Virus record (IMG/VR): IMGVR_UViG_3300034073_003340 | Span: 124,001-188,000 of that record | Length of the DNA stretch: 64,000 nt | Reading direction: 5' to 3' (one strand) | Shown here: positions 30,298-39,045 of the stretch, piece after piece | How positions within the stretch are numbered: the first letter of the stretch is position 1 | Layout: every line of letters begins with the position of its first letter | Notes under the pieces: generated by a model | Seen by the model: only the letters and a program-made list of their open reading frames with translations | The model's database searches: none | What the model was told of the DNA's origin: nothing | Made by a program: the position numbers and the translations under genes

Positions 30298-30789
30298 ATG
30301 AATGAAATCATCTACAATGAATCAAAGCCTAACATATTTTGTGACTTTGACGGTGTCCTAGTAGACTTTGAAAGAGGATTCGAAATCCAATACGGGAAGA
30401 AGCATAACGAAGTTCCAGAGTTCGTTATGTGGAAGATCATTAAGAATAACATGGCCCATTGGGAACAATTACCCGCCATGCCAGGAGCCCTTCAGCTTTG
30501 GGCCTACATTGCTCCTTACGACCCAACGATTCTAACAGGCTGTCCCACAAATGGAAAACAGCAGGCGGAAGAAGGCAAGACGATCTGGAAAAATCGTGAA
30601 CTAGGTGAGCATGTCCCTATTATCACATGCCTGAGCCGCTACAAGCCCAAGTATATGAAGGCCCCGGGTGATATTCTCATTGACGACATGGAAAAGAACC
30701 TTATACGTTGGACTGAAGCCGGAGGAATTGGAATCCTACACACCTCTGCTTTTGATACAATTCAACAACTCAAGGCGTTAGGGTTTTAA
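30298..30789 (+). CDS. HAD 5'(3')-deoxyribonucleotidase
   Basis: DFDGVLVDF, ILT, ILIDD..KN..W..AGG.GILH. Confidence 0.85.
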   Translation: MNEIIYNESKPNIFCDFDGVLVDFERGFEIQYGKKHNEVPEFVMWKIIKNNMAHWEQLPAMPGALQLWAYIAPYDPTILTGCPTNGKQQAEEGKTIWKNRELGEHVPIITCLSRYKPKYMKAPGDILIDDMEKNLIRWTEAGGIGILHTSAFDTIQQLKALGF

Positions 30790-31268
30790 TGTTAGAGATA
30801 GTCGCTCTAATAGCTGGCATAGTCTTCTACATAGTGGTGGGAACCATTCTTGCGAAGATGTGGATAAGAAAATCCCTACAAAATGTTGATTTATGTCAAT
30901 CATCGGATGACATGATAGGTCGAAATCATTATAAGGGCGGCATGGCACAATTCAATATCAGCGGCCGCAGCTTTCGTGGCCAGAATATCACGATCACAAA
31001 CGATCGCATCATCATCGATGGCAAGGATGTCACCGACGAGTATGAAATCAAACCGGCAGGAATCCTTGAGATCAAGATCACAGAGGGAGTGGTAGAGAAT
31101 CTTACCACAGACGCCAACGTGAGCGCAGGCAGTATTTCCGGTAACGTTGATGCTGGTGGCAATGTCAGCTGTGGCAGCGTTGGCGGGAATGTCGACGCTG
31201 GTGGTAATGTCAGTTGCGGCACCGTTGGTGGTGATGTTGATGCAGGAGGTAATGTTCGTCATGGCTAA
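30789..31268 (+). CDS. Beta-helix repeat protein (likely internal start at 30942)
   Basis: Three GNVDAGGNVSCG repeats; N-terminal TM segment in frame. Confidence 0.6.
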   Translation: MLEIVALIAGIVFYIVVGTILAKMWIRKSLQNVDLCQSSDDMIGRNHYKGGMAQFNISGRSFRGQNITITNDRIIIDGKDVTDEYEIKPAGILEIKITEGVVENLTTDANVSAGSISGNVDAGGNVSCGSVGGNVDAGGNVSCGTVGGDVDAGGNVRHG

Positions 31269-31491
31269 AAATATTGGATACACTCTGAGAGCTATTCGCC
31301 CTTCTGATGGCGAAGGTTTTATGACGGCGGCTCTTATGACCTGTATGGTAACTGATAAGATCATTTCTTCATCCGGCGGCGGCCAGAACGCCATCTGTCC
31401 GGAGGTTTTTGATCTTTTGGAAAACGACGAGGAAGTCAGGGACCTCATCAGAAGAAGAGTTGCCGCTATGACAGCTAATGATTCTGATTGA
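31261..31491 (+). CDS. Hypothetical protein
   Basis: ATG 31261 after GGAGG, overlaps previous stop. Confidence 0.55.
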   Translation: MAKNIGYTLRAIRPSDGEGFMTAALMTCMVTDKIISSSGGGQNAICPEVFDLLENDEEVRDLIRRRVAAMTANDSD

Positions 31492-31610
31492 CAGCTGACA
31501 ACGCATCTATTATAGATGTGACTCCAACAAAGGAAGTAGTCATGATTATATGGTGTCAAGTTTGAGATCGGCAGGGTCCTGAATACGCACCATCTTTGAT
31601 GTGACGATAT

Positions 31611-31653
31611 AAAGCCACCCTGCGAGTTGAACCTCGTTTAAGGGTGGTTTTTT
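31611..31653 (+). terminator. Rho-independent terminator directly before NTase gene
   Basis: AAAGCCACCCT...AGGGTGG followed by T-run. Confidence 0.65.
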
Positions 31654-31654
31654 C

Positions 31655-32545
31655 ATGGGCGGAAATGCGTTTCCGAACCTGCAAATGGTGCGGGTTCGAA
31701 GAGAGGATGTTGCCTCTACAGTTGATCACGTTGTCATGGTTATGAACATGCCAGGCTTCACTAGCGAATACGCGATGGATAACCTTATGGGCAGCGCAGG
31801 CAAACAAGCCGATAGTGGTGACCTTGACTTCGCTCTGAATGACCGAAGGGCCAGATTTTATAGCGAACCTGATCTTCCTGTTTTCAGTCTCAAAGCTTTT
31901 GCGGCTAGGGCTCGAGAAGTCCTGCCGCCGGGGCATGTTCAGACTAAGACATTAAAGGGCGGTCAGTTCCAGACCGCTTTCCCTGTTGCGGGTGATCCCA
32001 GCAAGGGTTACGTTCAGGTCGACTTTGTGGCTGGAAATCCTGAATGGTTGAAGTTTAGTCATTTCTCTCCTGGTAAGGATTTTTCTCCCTACAAGGGAGT
32101 TATGGTTTCAACCATGTTGGGAGTTCTGGCCAAGATGAGAAAAGACTTTGAACTATACGAGGGAGAGGAACGGGTCGCTCGTGTTGGTCTTCGCTTTGAC
32201 TTGGAGAAAGGACTATATCGTCAGTGGAAGCTGCGAAAGCTTGAAAACCAGGGTATGAGTGTTGTTTCTGCCGACGAATTTGAGACGGCTGTCGCAACTT
32301 GTCCTCGCTTTGCGCGTTTGAGTCATGTCACAGCACCATGCGAGGTGCTGAGGCTGCTGTTCGGGGAGCCCGTCAGCTTGGAGGAGGTTAATACCTTTGA
32401 GAAACTGGTTGCCTCGGTTCGCAGGTATCTTCCTGAACGTTTTGAGGAAGCCCGAGAACGATTCCTCGAAGCATTCATGCGAAGTGCCGGAAAGAACGAC
32501 TACACGCTGGAAGAAGTTGCCTCCGACAGCGTTTGGTCACAGTAA
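31655..32545 (+). CDS. Pol-beta-superfamily nucleotidyltransferase
   Basis: MGGNAF, GSAGK..SGDLD, VQVDF. Confidence 0.7.
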   Translation: MGGNAFPNLQMVRVRREDVASTVDHVVMVMNMPGFTSEYAMDNLMGSAGKQADSGDLDFALNDRRARFYSEPDLPVFSLKAFAARAREVLPPGHVQTKTLKGGQFQTAFPVAGDPSKGYVQVDFVAGNPEWLKFSHFSPGKDFSPYKGVMVSTMLGVLAKMRKDFELYEGEERVARVGLRFDLEKGLYRQWKLRKLENQGMSVVSADEFETAVATCPRFARLSHVTAPCEVLRLLFGEPVSLEEVNTFEKLVASVRRYLPERFEEARERFLEAFMRSAGKNDYTLEEVASDSVWSQ

Positions 32546-32558
32546 GGTAACCGCGCCG

Positions 32559-32819
32559 TTGAGACATCGACACACCCCCCTCCCTGTCTCCGGCGCGGTT
32601 ATCATAGCAATCGCGGGTGATATCGAACCACAGAACTGGTGCGATGAATGTTGTGTAGGGATCTGGTCTTGTGAACTAGCAGACTTGGGGTCTCTGTGTC
32701 TTGGTTCTTTGACTCTTCCCCTCTACTGCTTTTACTTTTCCAATGCTGCTGATCTGAAGATGTTTAGTTTTGTTTTTTCCACAAATATGAGACTTGCTCT
32801 TGAAGTTACCACAGACTAA
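32559..32819 (+). CDS. Divergent FKLxWG-family protein
   Basis: NWCDECC.GIW...FYFSNAADLKMF; TTG start inferred. Confidence 0.5.
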   Translation: MRHRHTPLPVSGAVIIAIAGDIEPQNWCDECCVGIWSCELADLGSLCLGSLTLPLYCFYFSNAADLKMFSFVFSTNMRLALEVTTD

Positions 32820-32828
32820 AAGAGCGAG

Positions 32829-33212
32829 ATGGAAGAAAAAGAGTTTCAGCAGCATACAGCTAAGATAGCTAGAACCATACAGCGCGACCTACGGTTGATC
32901 GTGGCTGCTTCCATTTCTTTTCCACTCTTTGCTGCGGCTGGATTCGTTTTTGGTATCACCAGCATAATAGTTTTGCTAGCTTCCTTGATATCAGTCATTG
33001 CGGTATATTTTCTACACTTTAATTCACACGGGCATCTCCATCAGTGGTGGTGGATGAGAAGTGGTCCAATTGTCGCATTGAATCTAGAAGATTATACTCC
33101 TGCTCGAAAGTGGTGTATAGAGAGTAACTATTCTTTCTTCGAGATTATGCCTGGCGTATTCAAATTCTTTCGCACCAAAGACGCAGTTCACTTCAAACTA
33201 ATTTGGTGTTGA
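32829..33212 (+). CDS. FKLxWG-family protein with 2 TM segments
   Basis: KWCIE...FKFFRTKDAVHFKLIWC. Confidence 0.75.
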   Translation: MEEKEFQQHTAKIARTIQRDLRLIVAASISFPLFAAAGFVFGITSIIVLLASLISVIAVYFLHFNSHGHLHQWWWMRSGPIVALNLEDYTPARKWCIESNYSFFEIMPGVFKFFRTKDAVHFKLIWC

Positions 33213-33280
33213 TTACAAATTGCTTCCTAGAATTCTAGGTGCTAGGCTTTAAAAACTCGCAAGTTTAGATCGAACCGATC

Positions 33281-33691
33281 TTGCGAGGCATTGTGACTAC
33301 CGTCTACCAATACTTAAAAACAGCCGTCATGTCATATCAGACAGTGAGGATTGAAGAAATAATGAGCGACTGGGGGACATTCATTCCAGAATATCGTAAA
33401 GCCTGGCAGAGTAGTTACGATCCCAAGTTTCAGACCCCTATGAAGCCCAGAGAGCATCAATCACAGCTTGCCGGTATTGATTCTTTACCTAGCAACCGAT
33501 GGGTCAAACCTCGCATTCCTGAGGGCTCTAAGACGCAAAAATTAGAAGTTGAAAAAGCCATTCAGAGTTGGCTTCGAGAGAATAAGATAAAATATCGTTC
33601 ATGCCTGATTGAGCACGACAGTTCCATATTCTGGGTATATATCTTTAAGAGAATATCAGACGCGGTGTTGTTTAAGTTATCCTGGGGCTAG
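33281..33691 (+). CDS. FKLxWG-family protein (start uncertain)
   Basis: SWLREN...YIFKRISDAVLFKLSWG. Confidence 0.75.
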   Translation: MRGIVTTVYQYLKTAVMSYQTVRIEEIMSDWGTFIPEYRKAWQSSYDPKFQTPMKPREHQSQLAGIDSLPSNRWVKPRIPEGSKTQKLEVEKAIQSWLRENKIKYRSCLIEHDSSIFWVYIFKRISDAVLFKLSWG

Positions 33692-33692
33692 A

Positions 33693-34043
33693 ATGAATCA
33701 TAGAAAGAAACCAAGATATCGTATTTCTAGAAGATCTCGACGTAGTCGAGTTCATAGGGCAAATCTCAAACTTAGAAGTTACAGACAAATAAAAACTGGC
33801 GGCTGGTATGTGATTTCTGAACTTGAATTCAGCAAACAAACTCTACGAGATATAGAGTTACTTTGGCTCAACCTTCATGCGCCTGATGTTGAGATAACCT
33901 ACAAGTTTGTTGAAAATTACCAACGTATGCCTCTTTATCGAAAAGGTCTCTGGAGTGGAAAGGCTTATTTTGTTAAGTTCGATCCAAAAGATTCATTAGT
34001 TGCCATGAATTTTAGAGTGTTTTGGTGGGATCTGGATGATTAG
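33693..34043 (+). CDS. Divergent FKLxWG-family protein, Arg-rich N-terminus
   Basis: LWLN...VKFDPKDSLVAMNFRVFWW. Confidence 0.6.
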   Translation: MNHRKKPRYRISRRSRRSRVHRANLKLRSYRQIKTGGWYVISELEFSKQTLRDIELLWLNLHAPDVEITYKFVENYQRMPLYRKGLWSGKAYFVKFDPKDSLVAMNFRVFWWDLDD

Positions 34044-34344
34044 AAAACCATATACTATCGAATGTCATCAGTCTGAGCTATCATCGGACGCTATACATTG
34101 GATTGAAAATAGCACCTATGATCTAGCCTGGATAACACGTTGTTGGAGAACGTGGACGGAGCCGGCTCGGACGGATGAGTTCTCATTGGAAGAGTATTCT
34201 AAGATACTGCTTTCCAACACTTCCGATCCGGAGATACCTTTGAGAAGAAGAAAGATTGACGCTGTTCAATTTGTAAGCAAAAGAGATGCTTTGTATTTCA
34301 AATTGGTATTTTTAGATGACGCACAAGGAAATGGTCCGCACTGA
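34036..34344 (+). CDS. FKLxWG-family protein
   Basis: HWIEN...VQFVSKRDALYFKLVF. Confidence 0.7.
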   Translation: MIRKPYTIECHQSELSSDAIHWIENSTYDLAWITRCWRTWTEPARTDEFSLEEYSKILLSNTSDPEIPLRRRKIDAVQFVSKRDALYFKLVFLDDAQGNGPH

Positions 34345-34558
34345 TCTTATCATTCCAAAGCTACGGAATGGTAAACCAATTACATGGGCACGAAATCCCA
34401 TGGGCACTCGCTATACTGTGAAACCTGAAGTACGAGAATGGCTTCACCAAAACACAACCGGTCATTGGTATTTCTTCACTGATTCTAAGACTTCACAGCT
34501 TTCCATTGCTTTCCATAAAAAGCAAGATGCGGTCTTTTGGAAGCTAACGTGGCATTGA
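34316..34558 (+). CDS. FKLxWG-family protein
   Basis: EVREWLHQN..GHW...IAFHKKQDAVFWKLTWH. Confidence 0.75.
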   Translation: MTHKEMVRTDLIIPKLRNGKPITWARNPMGTRYTVKPEVREWLHQNTTGHWYFFTDSKTSQLSIAFHKKQDAVFWKLTWH

Positions 34559-34860
34559 AACCATTATTCTACATGCTGGCAAAACACGGCCCATGGAATC
34601 ACCATGTTCGTGTTAGTAGCGTGTCGATTATGCTAGATGTTGAGAACTGGCTCAACAGCACTGGGAAGGTGTTGAATGTTGACTATGAAAGTCTGATTGA
34701 GAGAATCGAGCACAAAACTACCAAGAAGACTTTTGTTCCAAACTTGAGCCCGAGTCGTTATTCCCCTCGGGCCCAAGTTACTCAATCAGTTGAACCGATC
34801 ATATTTTTCAATGATCCAAACATAGCGACCTATGTAAAGCTCACATGGGGCGGTCGGTGA
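34555..34860 (+). CDS. FKLxWG-family protein
   Basis: VENWLN...IFFNDPNIATYVKLTWGG; TTGA overlap. Confidence 0.7.
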   Translation: MKPLFYMLAKHGPWNHHVRVSSVSIMLDVENWLNSTGKVLNVDYESLIERIEHKTTKKTFVPNLSPSRYSPRAQVTQSVEPIIFFNDPNIATYVKLTWGGR

Positions 34861-35079
34861 TCATTTATATCGGAATGTGATTCGACCCTTGGATAGGTCA
34901 TAGGGTGTCATTTCTAATTCCACTGCGTCGCCTACAAGCACTTTGATGTTGTTCTTGCGCATCTTGCCTGAGATGTGACCAATAATCATGGCGTCATTCT
35001 CTAGCTTTACACGGAATAGCGCGTTAGGAAGGATCTCAGTGACTTGACCCTTCATCTTCAATGTATCTTCTTTGCTCAT
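34861..35079 (-). CDS. infA: Translation initiation factor IF-1
   Basis: [36 protein letters not shown]. Confidence 0.97.
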   Translation of the reverse strand: MSKEDTLKMKGQVTEILPNALFRVKLENDAMIIGHISGKMRKNNIKVLVGDAVELEMTPYDLSKGRITFRYK

Positions 35080-35113
35080 ATATCTCTTCGTTAAGGAATC
35101 CCAGGGTATTTAG

Positions 35114-35518
35114 TTACCCTGAGACTTTGATAGTTTGACCTTCTACGCTATCGTCGTCTAGCATAGGTATGATCCACCTCAAATTGGGAATGATGTTATC
35201 GGGTAGATCATAGGTGTCAAATACTCCAATGACTTCGTCAGTGCAAGTTCTAATTTCCTCTAACGCCTCACTGTCATGGTATGAGAAGAAGTGAACCTTG
35301 AAGCCTGGTCCCACAAGGGTAATCCTCAGGTCCCAATCAAGATCCACTCCTGCCTCTTCGATGAACTCCCGGTTCATAGCGCCAAAGGAAAGTTCACCAG
35401 GCTCTATTTTTCCACCAATGGCGTTATAAAGACCAGCTTGCCAGGCTGGTCGATTCTTGAGAATCAATGCTACTTTTGATCCGTCGTCATTATACAGGAG
35501 TCCAGCGACATATTCCAT
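35114..35518 (-). CDS. Nudix hydrolase
   Basis: GGKIEPGE....MNREFIEEAG Nudix box. Confidence 0.9.
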   Translation of the reverse strand: MEYVAGLLYNDDGSKVALILKNRPAWQAGLYNAIGGKIEPGELSFGAMNREFIEEAGVDLDWDLRITLVGPGFKVHFFSYHDSEALEEIRTCTDEVIGVFDTYDLPDNIIPNLRWIIPMLDDDSVEGQTIKVSG

Positions 35519-36150
35519 TATCGTTTATTCCCTGCGCCCATGATCTTGATTTGATCACAAACACCGAGATCAAGGGCTTCTTCAGCAGATAACCAGACAT
35601 CATGAGCTGGTAGCAGCTTTTCTTCAATCTGTGACTTAGTCATACCGGTATGCTTGATATAATGATTCATCATTCGCTGCTGTGTGAGTTCGTATTCTCT
35701 AACAGTGGCAAAGAGTTCATGAGCCTTACCACGATCACCCCATGACCACTGGTGGCTTAAAATTGAAGTATTTGGTGTCAGAATTCTATGACCTTTGGCT
35801 CCCGCAATGAATGTTAAGAACCCACAGCTACCAATCATACCTAAGCCAATTGTATGAACTGGAATAGCCGAGCCTTCCATCGCATCAATAATAGCAAAAG
35901 CACTATTGACTTCACCACCTGGACTGTTGATTATCAGGGTGAGATGGTCAAAGTCATTCTGCGGTGTAAGGTTAGCTTCTAGAATCCAAGTTACGATTTT
36001 GGAAGCATTCTCACTATTGAAACCACCACTCAAAAAGTAGATACCTTTGTCTCGCAGGGTGGGTTGTGGATTGACCGGGGGCGACGTCAGCAAAGTTGTA
36101 GCGTCAGGTCCAACCGCGACCGCCTGATCCACTACGGCTTTCTTTTTCAT
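35518..36150 (-). CDS. clpP: ClpP peptidase
   Basis: INSPGG, catalytic Ser (IGSCG), His (SHQ), Asp (HDVWLSAEEA). Confidence 0.9.
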   Translation of the reverse strand: MKKKAVVDQAVAVGPDATTLLTSPPVNPQPTLRDKGIYFLSGGFNSENASKIVTWILEANLTPQNDFDHLTLIINSPGGEVNSAFAIIDAMEGSAIPVHTIGLGMIGSCGFLTFIAGAKGHRILTPNTSILSHQWSWGDRGKAHELFATVREYELTQQRMMNHYIKHTGMTKSQIEEKLLPAHDVWLSAEEALDLGVCDQIKIMGAGNKR

Positions 36151-36261
36151 GTTATCTCCTTAAACCCATAATCGGGCAACATCACCAATATATTAGAAAA
36201 ATGTCTGATTTGTCAGTAATCAAATTTTGCGTGATCTACCCAGCGACGCTAGAGCAACCGT

Positions 36262-36633
36262 ATGATTAAGAAAACTATTATGTTGTTACAGAGTTCATCG
36301 ACTGGTAAAATCTTGTTAAAAAAGAGAGGCAACGTCTGGGGTTTCACCGCTGATATCCAATGGGGTAAGGACCAATCAGATGTCTTTAATGGTATAAGTG
36401 AGATTAAGGAATTGATTGGCTTAGACGATGAAGATAATATGGTTCTGGATTATCTAGGAAATATAGCCAAGATAGGAGTATGGCACTGCGTCTACGATGG
36501 AGAACCTCAACCAAAGTCATCCAACGCCAGTTGGTTCCCCCTATTCAACTTCCCTGAAAATTTTGATCCAACCACTGACCGACTTTTTGAAAATGATCTC
36601 TTTGTGAGTAAATTAATATCACCAAGTAGTTGA
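36262..36633 (+). CDS. Degenerate Nudix-like protein
   Basis: GKILLKKR..WG...EIKE.IG; box degenerate. Confidence 0.45.
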   Translation: MIKKTIMLLQSSSTGKILLKKRGNVWGFTADIQWGKDQSDVFNGISEIKELIGLDDEDNMVLDYLGNIAKIGVWHCVYDGEPQPKSSNASWFPLFNFPENFDPTTDRLFENDLFVSKLISPSS

Positions 36634-36669
36634 CAACGAGGTATCTTGAATACATAAGTAAAGAGTAAC

Positions 36670-36754
36670 GCGCCTATGGTGGAATTGGTAGACACATCAG
36701 ATTTAGGTTCTGACGTCGAAAGGTGTGGGGGTTCGAGTCCCTCTAGGCGCACCA
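36670..36754 (+). tRNA. tRNA-Leu(TAG)
   Basis: GCGCCTA/TAGGCGC acceptor, TCAGA-TTTAGGT-TCTGA anticodon arm, long variable arm, TTCGA, CCA. Confidence 0.95.
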
Positions 36755-36794
36755 AAACAAATAGATGGACACCAAGCCTAGAACTATTTGTTTT

Positions 36795-36920
36795 GATTGC
36801 TGTAGGCGGGTTAAGACCCAAGCAAAAAGCCTAGCTGTTCATGGTAGCGGGTGGAGGATTCAGTGAACGTGACTGAGTCTATAGTGTTATGAACTCTCTT
36901 CTAGAGACCTACAGTAGATC
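36795..36920 (+). ncRNA. Candidate structured RNA in tRNA cluster
   Basis: Nested complementary segments (see findings). Confidence 0.35.
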
Positions 36921-36938
36921 GAACAATGGAGAGTTGTT

Positions 36939-37073
36939 ATGATCACCGAAATTCTTATAAAATCGTTCTTTGGGCTGTTAATGCTCGGTATGATCTATAG
37001 CGGGTGGAAACAGATTCCACCGGAAAGCCCTGAAATGCTAGCAGCTCGCAAGCGTTACGGAAAGTCCAAGTAA
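36939..37073 (+). CDS. 44-aa membrane peptide
   Basis: MITEILIKSFFGLLMLGMIYSGWK...; GGAG SD. Confidence 0.55.
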   Translation: MITEILIKSFFGLLMLGMIYSGWKQIPPESPEMLAARKRYGKSK

Positions 37074-37078
37074 ACACT

Positions 37079-37154
37079 GGCTCCTTAGGCTAACTGGAAA
37101 AACCGGAGACCTCCTAAGTCTCATTTACAGGTTCGAGTCCTGTAGGGGTCACCA
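37079..37154 (+). tRNA. tRNA-Arg(CCT)
   Basis: GAGAC-CTCCTAA-GTCTC anticodon arm, ACAGG-TTCGAGT-CCTGT, CCA. Confidence 0.9.
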
Positions 37155-37159
37155 TTACC

Positions 37160-37909
37160 ATGTTCAAATTCCAAACCAACAAATTCCCTCATCAACGATC
37201 TTTCATAGAAAAGATCCTGAGGAGATTCTATCTACCTTCTCCCAAGTATTACAAATTCAGATTGCTTTCGAGCAACAATCGCTATGAAATCAAGATAAAG
37301 AAAAAGTTCCCTATCAGGTGGTTTTTTTGGGAAACCATTCCTGATATCTGGCATAGGATGGTAGTGGAATCTTACAGATCAGTTGAAGATTTTATTCGTT
37401 ATAGAACCAAACATCGATATCATTTGGTCGATACCGGTTTGAAACCCGGTTACTACGACACTGATACCCGTATGCTCCATTCTTGTTTTAATCTATTTGT
37501 TGATTATGTGGAAATAGAACTTGCCGCGATGAACCTATCGCACGAGGCTGATGACGGAACCAGTAAGACCTTCTATGAAACCTGGTTTCAATTTAAAAGA
37601 AAAAGAATTCGAGATGCCAGTCAAGGTATTGCCTTACTGGATCGGGAAATACAGCAAAATAACTATCCGGGTTCGAGAAACCAGTTATTTGTGGAGAAAA
37701 AGTTCTTATATACTTGGTGGAAGGTTTATCGACCATTGCGGTCTGATCCCTATACAGATCAGTTGATCTGGGACGTAAATCCTAAAACTGGTGAGGCTAT
37801 CTTTAAAGATAGATATGCGATAGTTGATAACCTGGCCGATTTCTATGAGGCAGAAGATACTGAAATGCTGGTACGTCTCATGAACGTGAGATCAAGTCTT
37901 TGGACATAA
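37160..37909 (+). CDS. Hypothetical protein
   Basis: 249-aa ORF between tRNAs. Confidence 0.65.
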   Translation: MFKFQTNKFPHQRSFIEKILRRFYLPSPKYYKFRLLSSNNRYEIKIKKKFPIRWFFWETIPDIWHRMVVESYRSVEDFIRYRTKHRYHLVDTGLKPGYYDTDTRMLHSCFNLFVDYVEIELAAMNLSHEADDGTSKTFYETWFQFKRKRIRDASQGIALLDREIQQNNYPGSRNQLFVEKKFLYTWWKVYRPLRSDPYTDQLIWDVNPKTGEAIFKDRYAIVDNLADFYEAEDTEMLVRLMNVRSSLWT

Positions 37910-37956
37910 AGTTCTTGCTCTTTATATAAAATGCTTGTATAAATAGAGCATAACAA

Positions 37957-38033
37957 CGGGGTTTAGCGCAGCCTGGTAGCGCACCTGCTTTGGGAGCAGG
38001 GGGCCGTAGGTTCGAATCCTACAATCCCGACCA
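37957..38033 (+). tRNA. tRNA-Pro(TGG)
   Basis: CCTGC-TTTGGGA-GCAGG anticodon arm, canonical D/T arms, CCA; TATAAATA at 37938-37945. Confidence 0.97.
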
Positions 38034-38062
38034 AAGGCCGAACAGAAATGTTCGGCCTTTTC
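38034..38062 (+). terminator. Terminator after tRNA-Pro
   Basis: AAGGCCGAACA/TGTTCGGCCTT plus T-run. Confidence 0.8.
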
Positions 38063-38097
38063 CTTGACTTCTGTTCCTGTTCTGCTAACATCTTGGC

Positions 38098-38379
38098 ATG
38101 TATTATATAGAAAATACAGATTGGCACATCATTGTTCTTAATTCCAAAGAGACTGATGTCTTCTTTGAAGTATTCAATCTTGCAGATGAAGAAATACCTA
38201 GTCATCTGATTAACGCAGGCTGGCGATTTATCAGGGATGATGCTTACCAGTGGCTGCTAGACAATGTTGGTGTTGCTAATGTGGATTGGCGACACCAAGG
38301 AACACGCACCTCACGTGAATTTTTGTTTCGCGACAAGGAAAAAGCCATGCTATTCAAGCTGACATTCCACGGGACATAA
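38098..38379 (+). CDS. FKLxWG-family protein (likely leaderless)
   Basis: QWLLDNVG..DW...FLFRDKEKAMLFKLTF. Confidence 0.75.
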   Translation: MYYIENTDWHIIVLNSKETDVFFEVFNLADEEIPSHLINAGWRFIRDDAYQWLLDNVGVANVDWRHQGTRTSREFLFRDKEKAMLFKLTFHGT

Positions 38380-38428
38380 TCATATCCTTTTCGCTTGACT
38401 AGCACCCTAATCGTGTTATTCATAGGAC

Positions 38429-38626
38429 ATGGACATATTATCATTCATGGCAGAGCATCCCATCCTCACGGTGATCCTCGCCTTTATCGCAGGAAGCGTA
38501 GTCACCTCACCCTTTCGGTATGGTTTTCGCGCCTACAATAGACATCTTCGTTCCAAGAACATAGCGGCCCAGGGTTGGCCGCCTGAGCATTTGGACGCCG
38601 ATGGTGATTTCAAGAAGACGGAGTAA
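38429..38626 (+). CDS. Small membrane protein
   Basis: N-terminal TM; GWPPEHLDADGDF. Confidence 0.6.
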   Translation: MDILSFMAEHPILTVILAFIAGSVVTSPFRYGFRAYNRHLRSKNIAAQGWPPEHLDADGDFKKTE

Positions 38627-38631
38627 AAATA

Positions 38632-39045
38632 ATGGGTCTCCAGGTTATTCTCAATTTCCAGTCAATGGACAATGTCGTATTTGACCTGCCTGCCATGAAC
38701 GCCCACTTCATGAAGCCGGGCTTTGGAAGTTTCAATGAGCTCTACTCGGAGTTCACGATCGGCGAAACGGCCTATCACACGGGCGAAACCTATCAGGGTC
38801 CGTTTATTCTCGACGGAAATGGCGATCTCAAGATCGCCTGTCGGGAAGAAGATTACTTTGCGCAGTATGCGGACTATACCGAGGTGTGGGGCTGCTTCAG
38901 CGAAGAAACAGCCGAGGATATGTCCAAGTTTATGAAGAGCGGGCGAATGGTCTTGCGTCTCGATATCGAGGGCAATGAAACCAAATACTTTATCATCGAA
39001 CCCAATCAGGTGACGATGAAGCTTCAAAGTCAGCTGACTATCTGA
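38632..39045 (+). CDS. Hypothetical protein
   Basis: GGAG SD, 137 aa. Confidence 0.6.
   Translation: MGLQVILNFQSMDNVVFDLPAMNAHFMKPGFGSFNELYSEFTIGETAYHTGETYQGPFILDGNGDLKIACREEDYFAQYADYTEVWGCFSEETAEDMSKFMKSGRMVLRLDIEGNETKYFIIEPNQVTMKLQSQLTI

Noticed and set aside
31542-31640. Genome-wide TGA reassignment suggested by two in-frame TGAs
   Set aside because: TGA terminates many clear genes (polB, valS, uvsE, infA) at expected positions.
36795-36920. Retron msr-msd-like architecture
   Set aside because: No reverse transcriptase in the window; kept only as a generic structured RNA.
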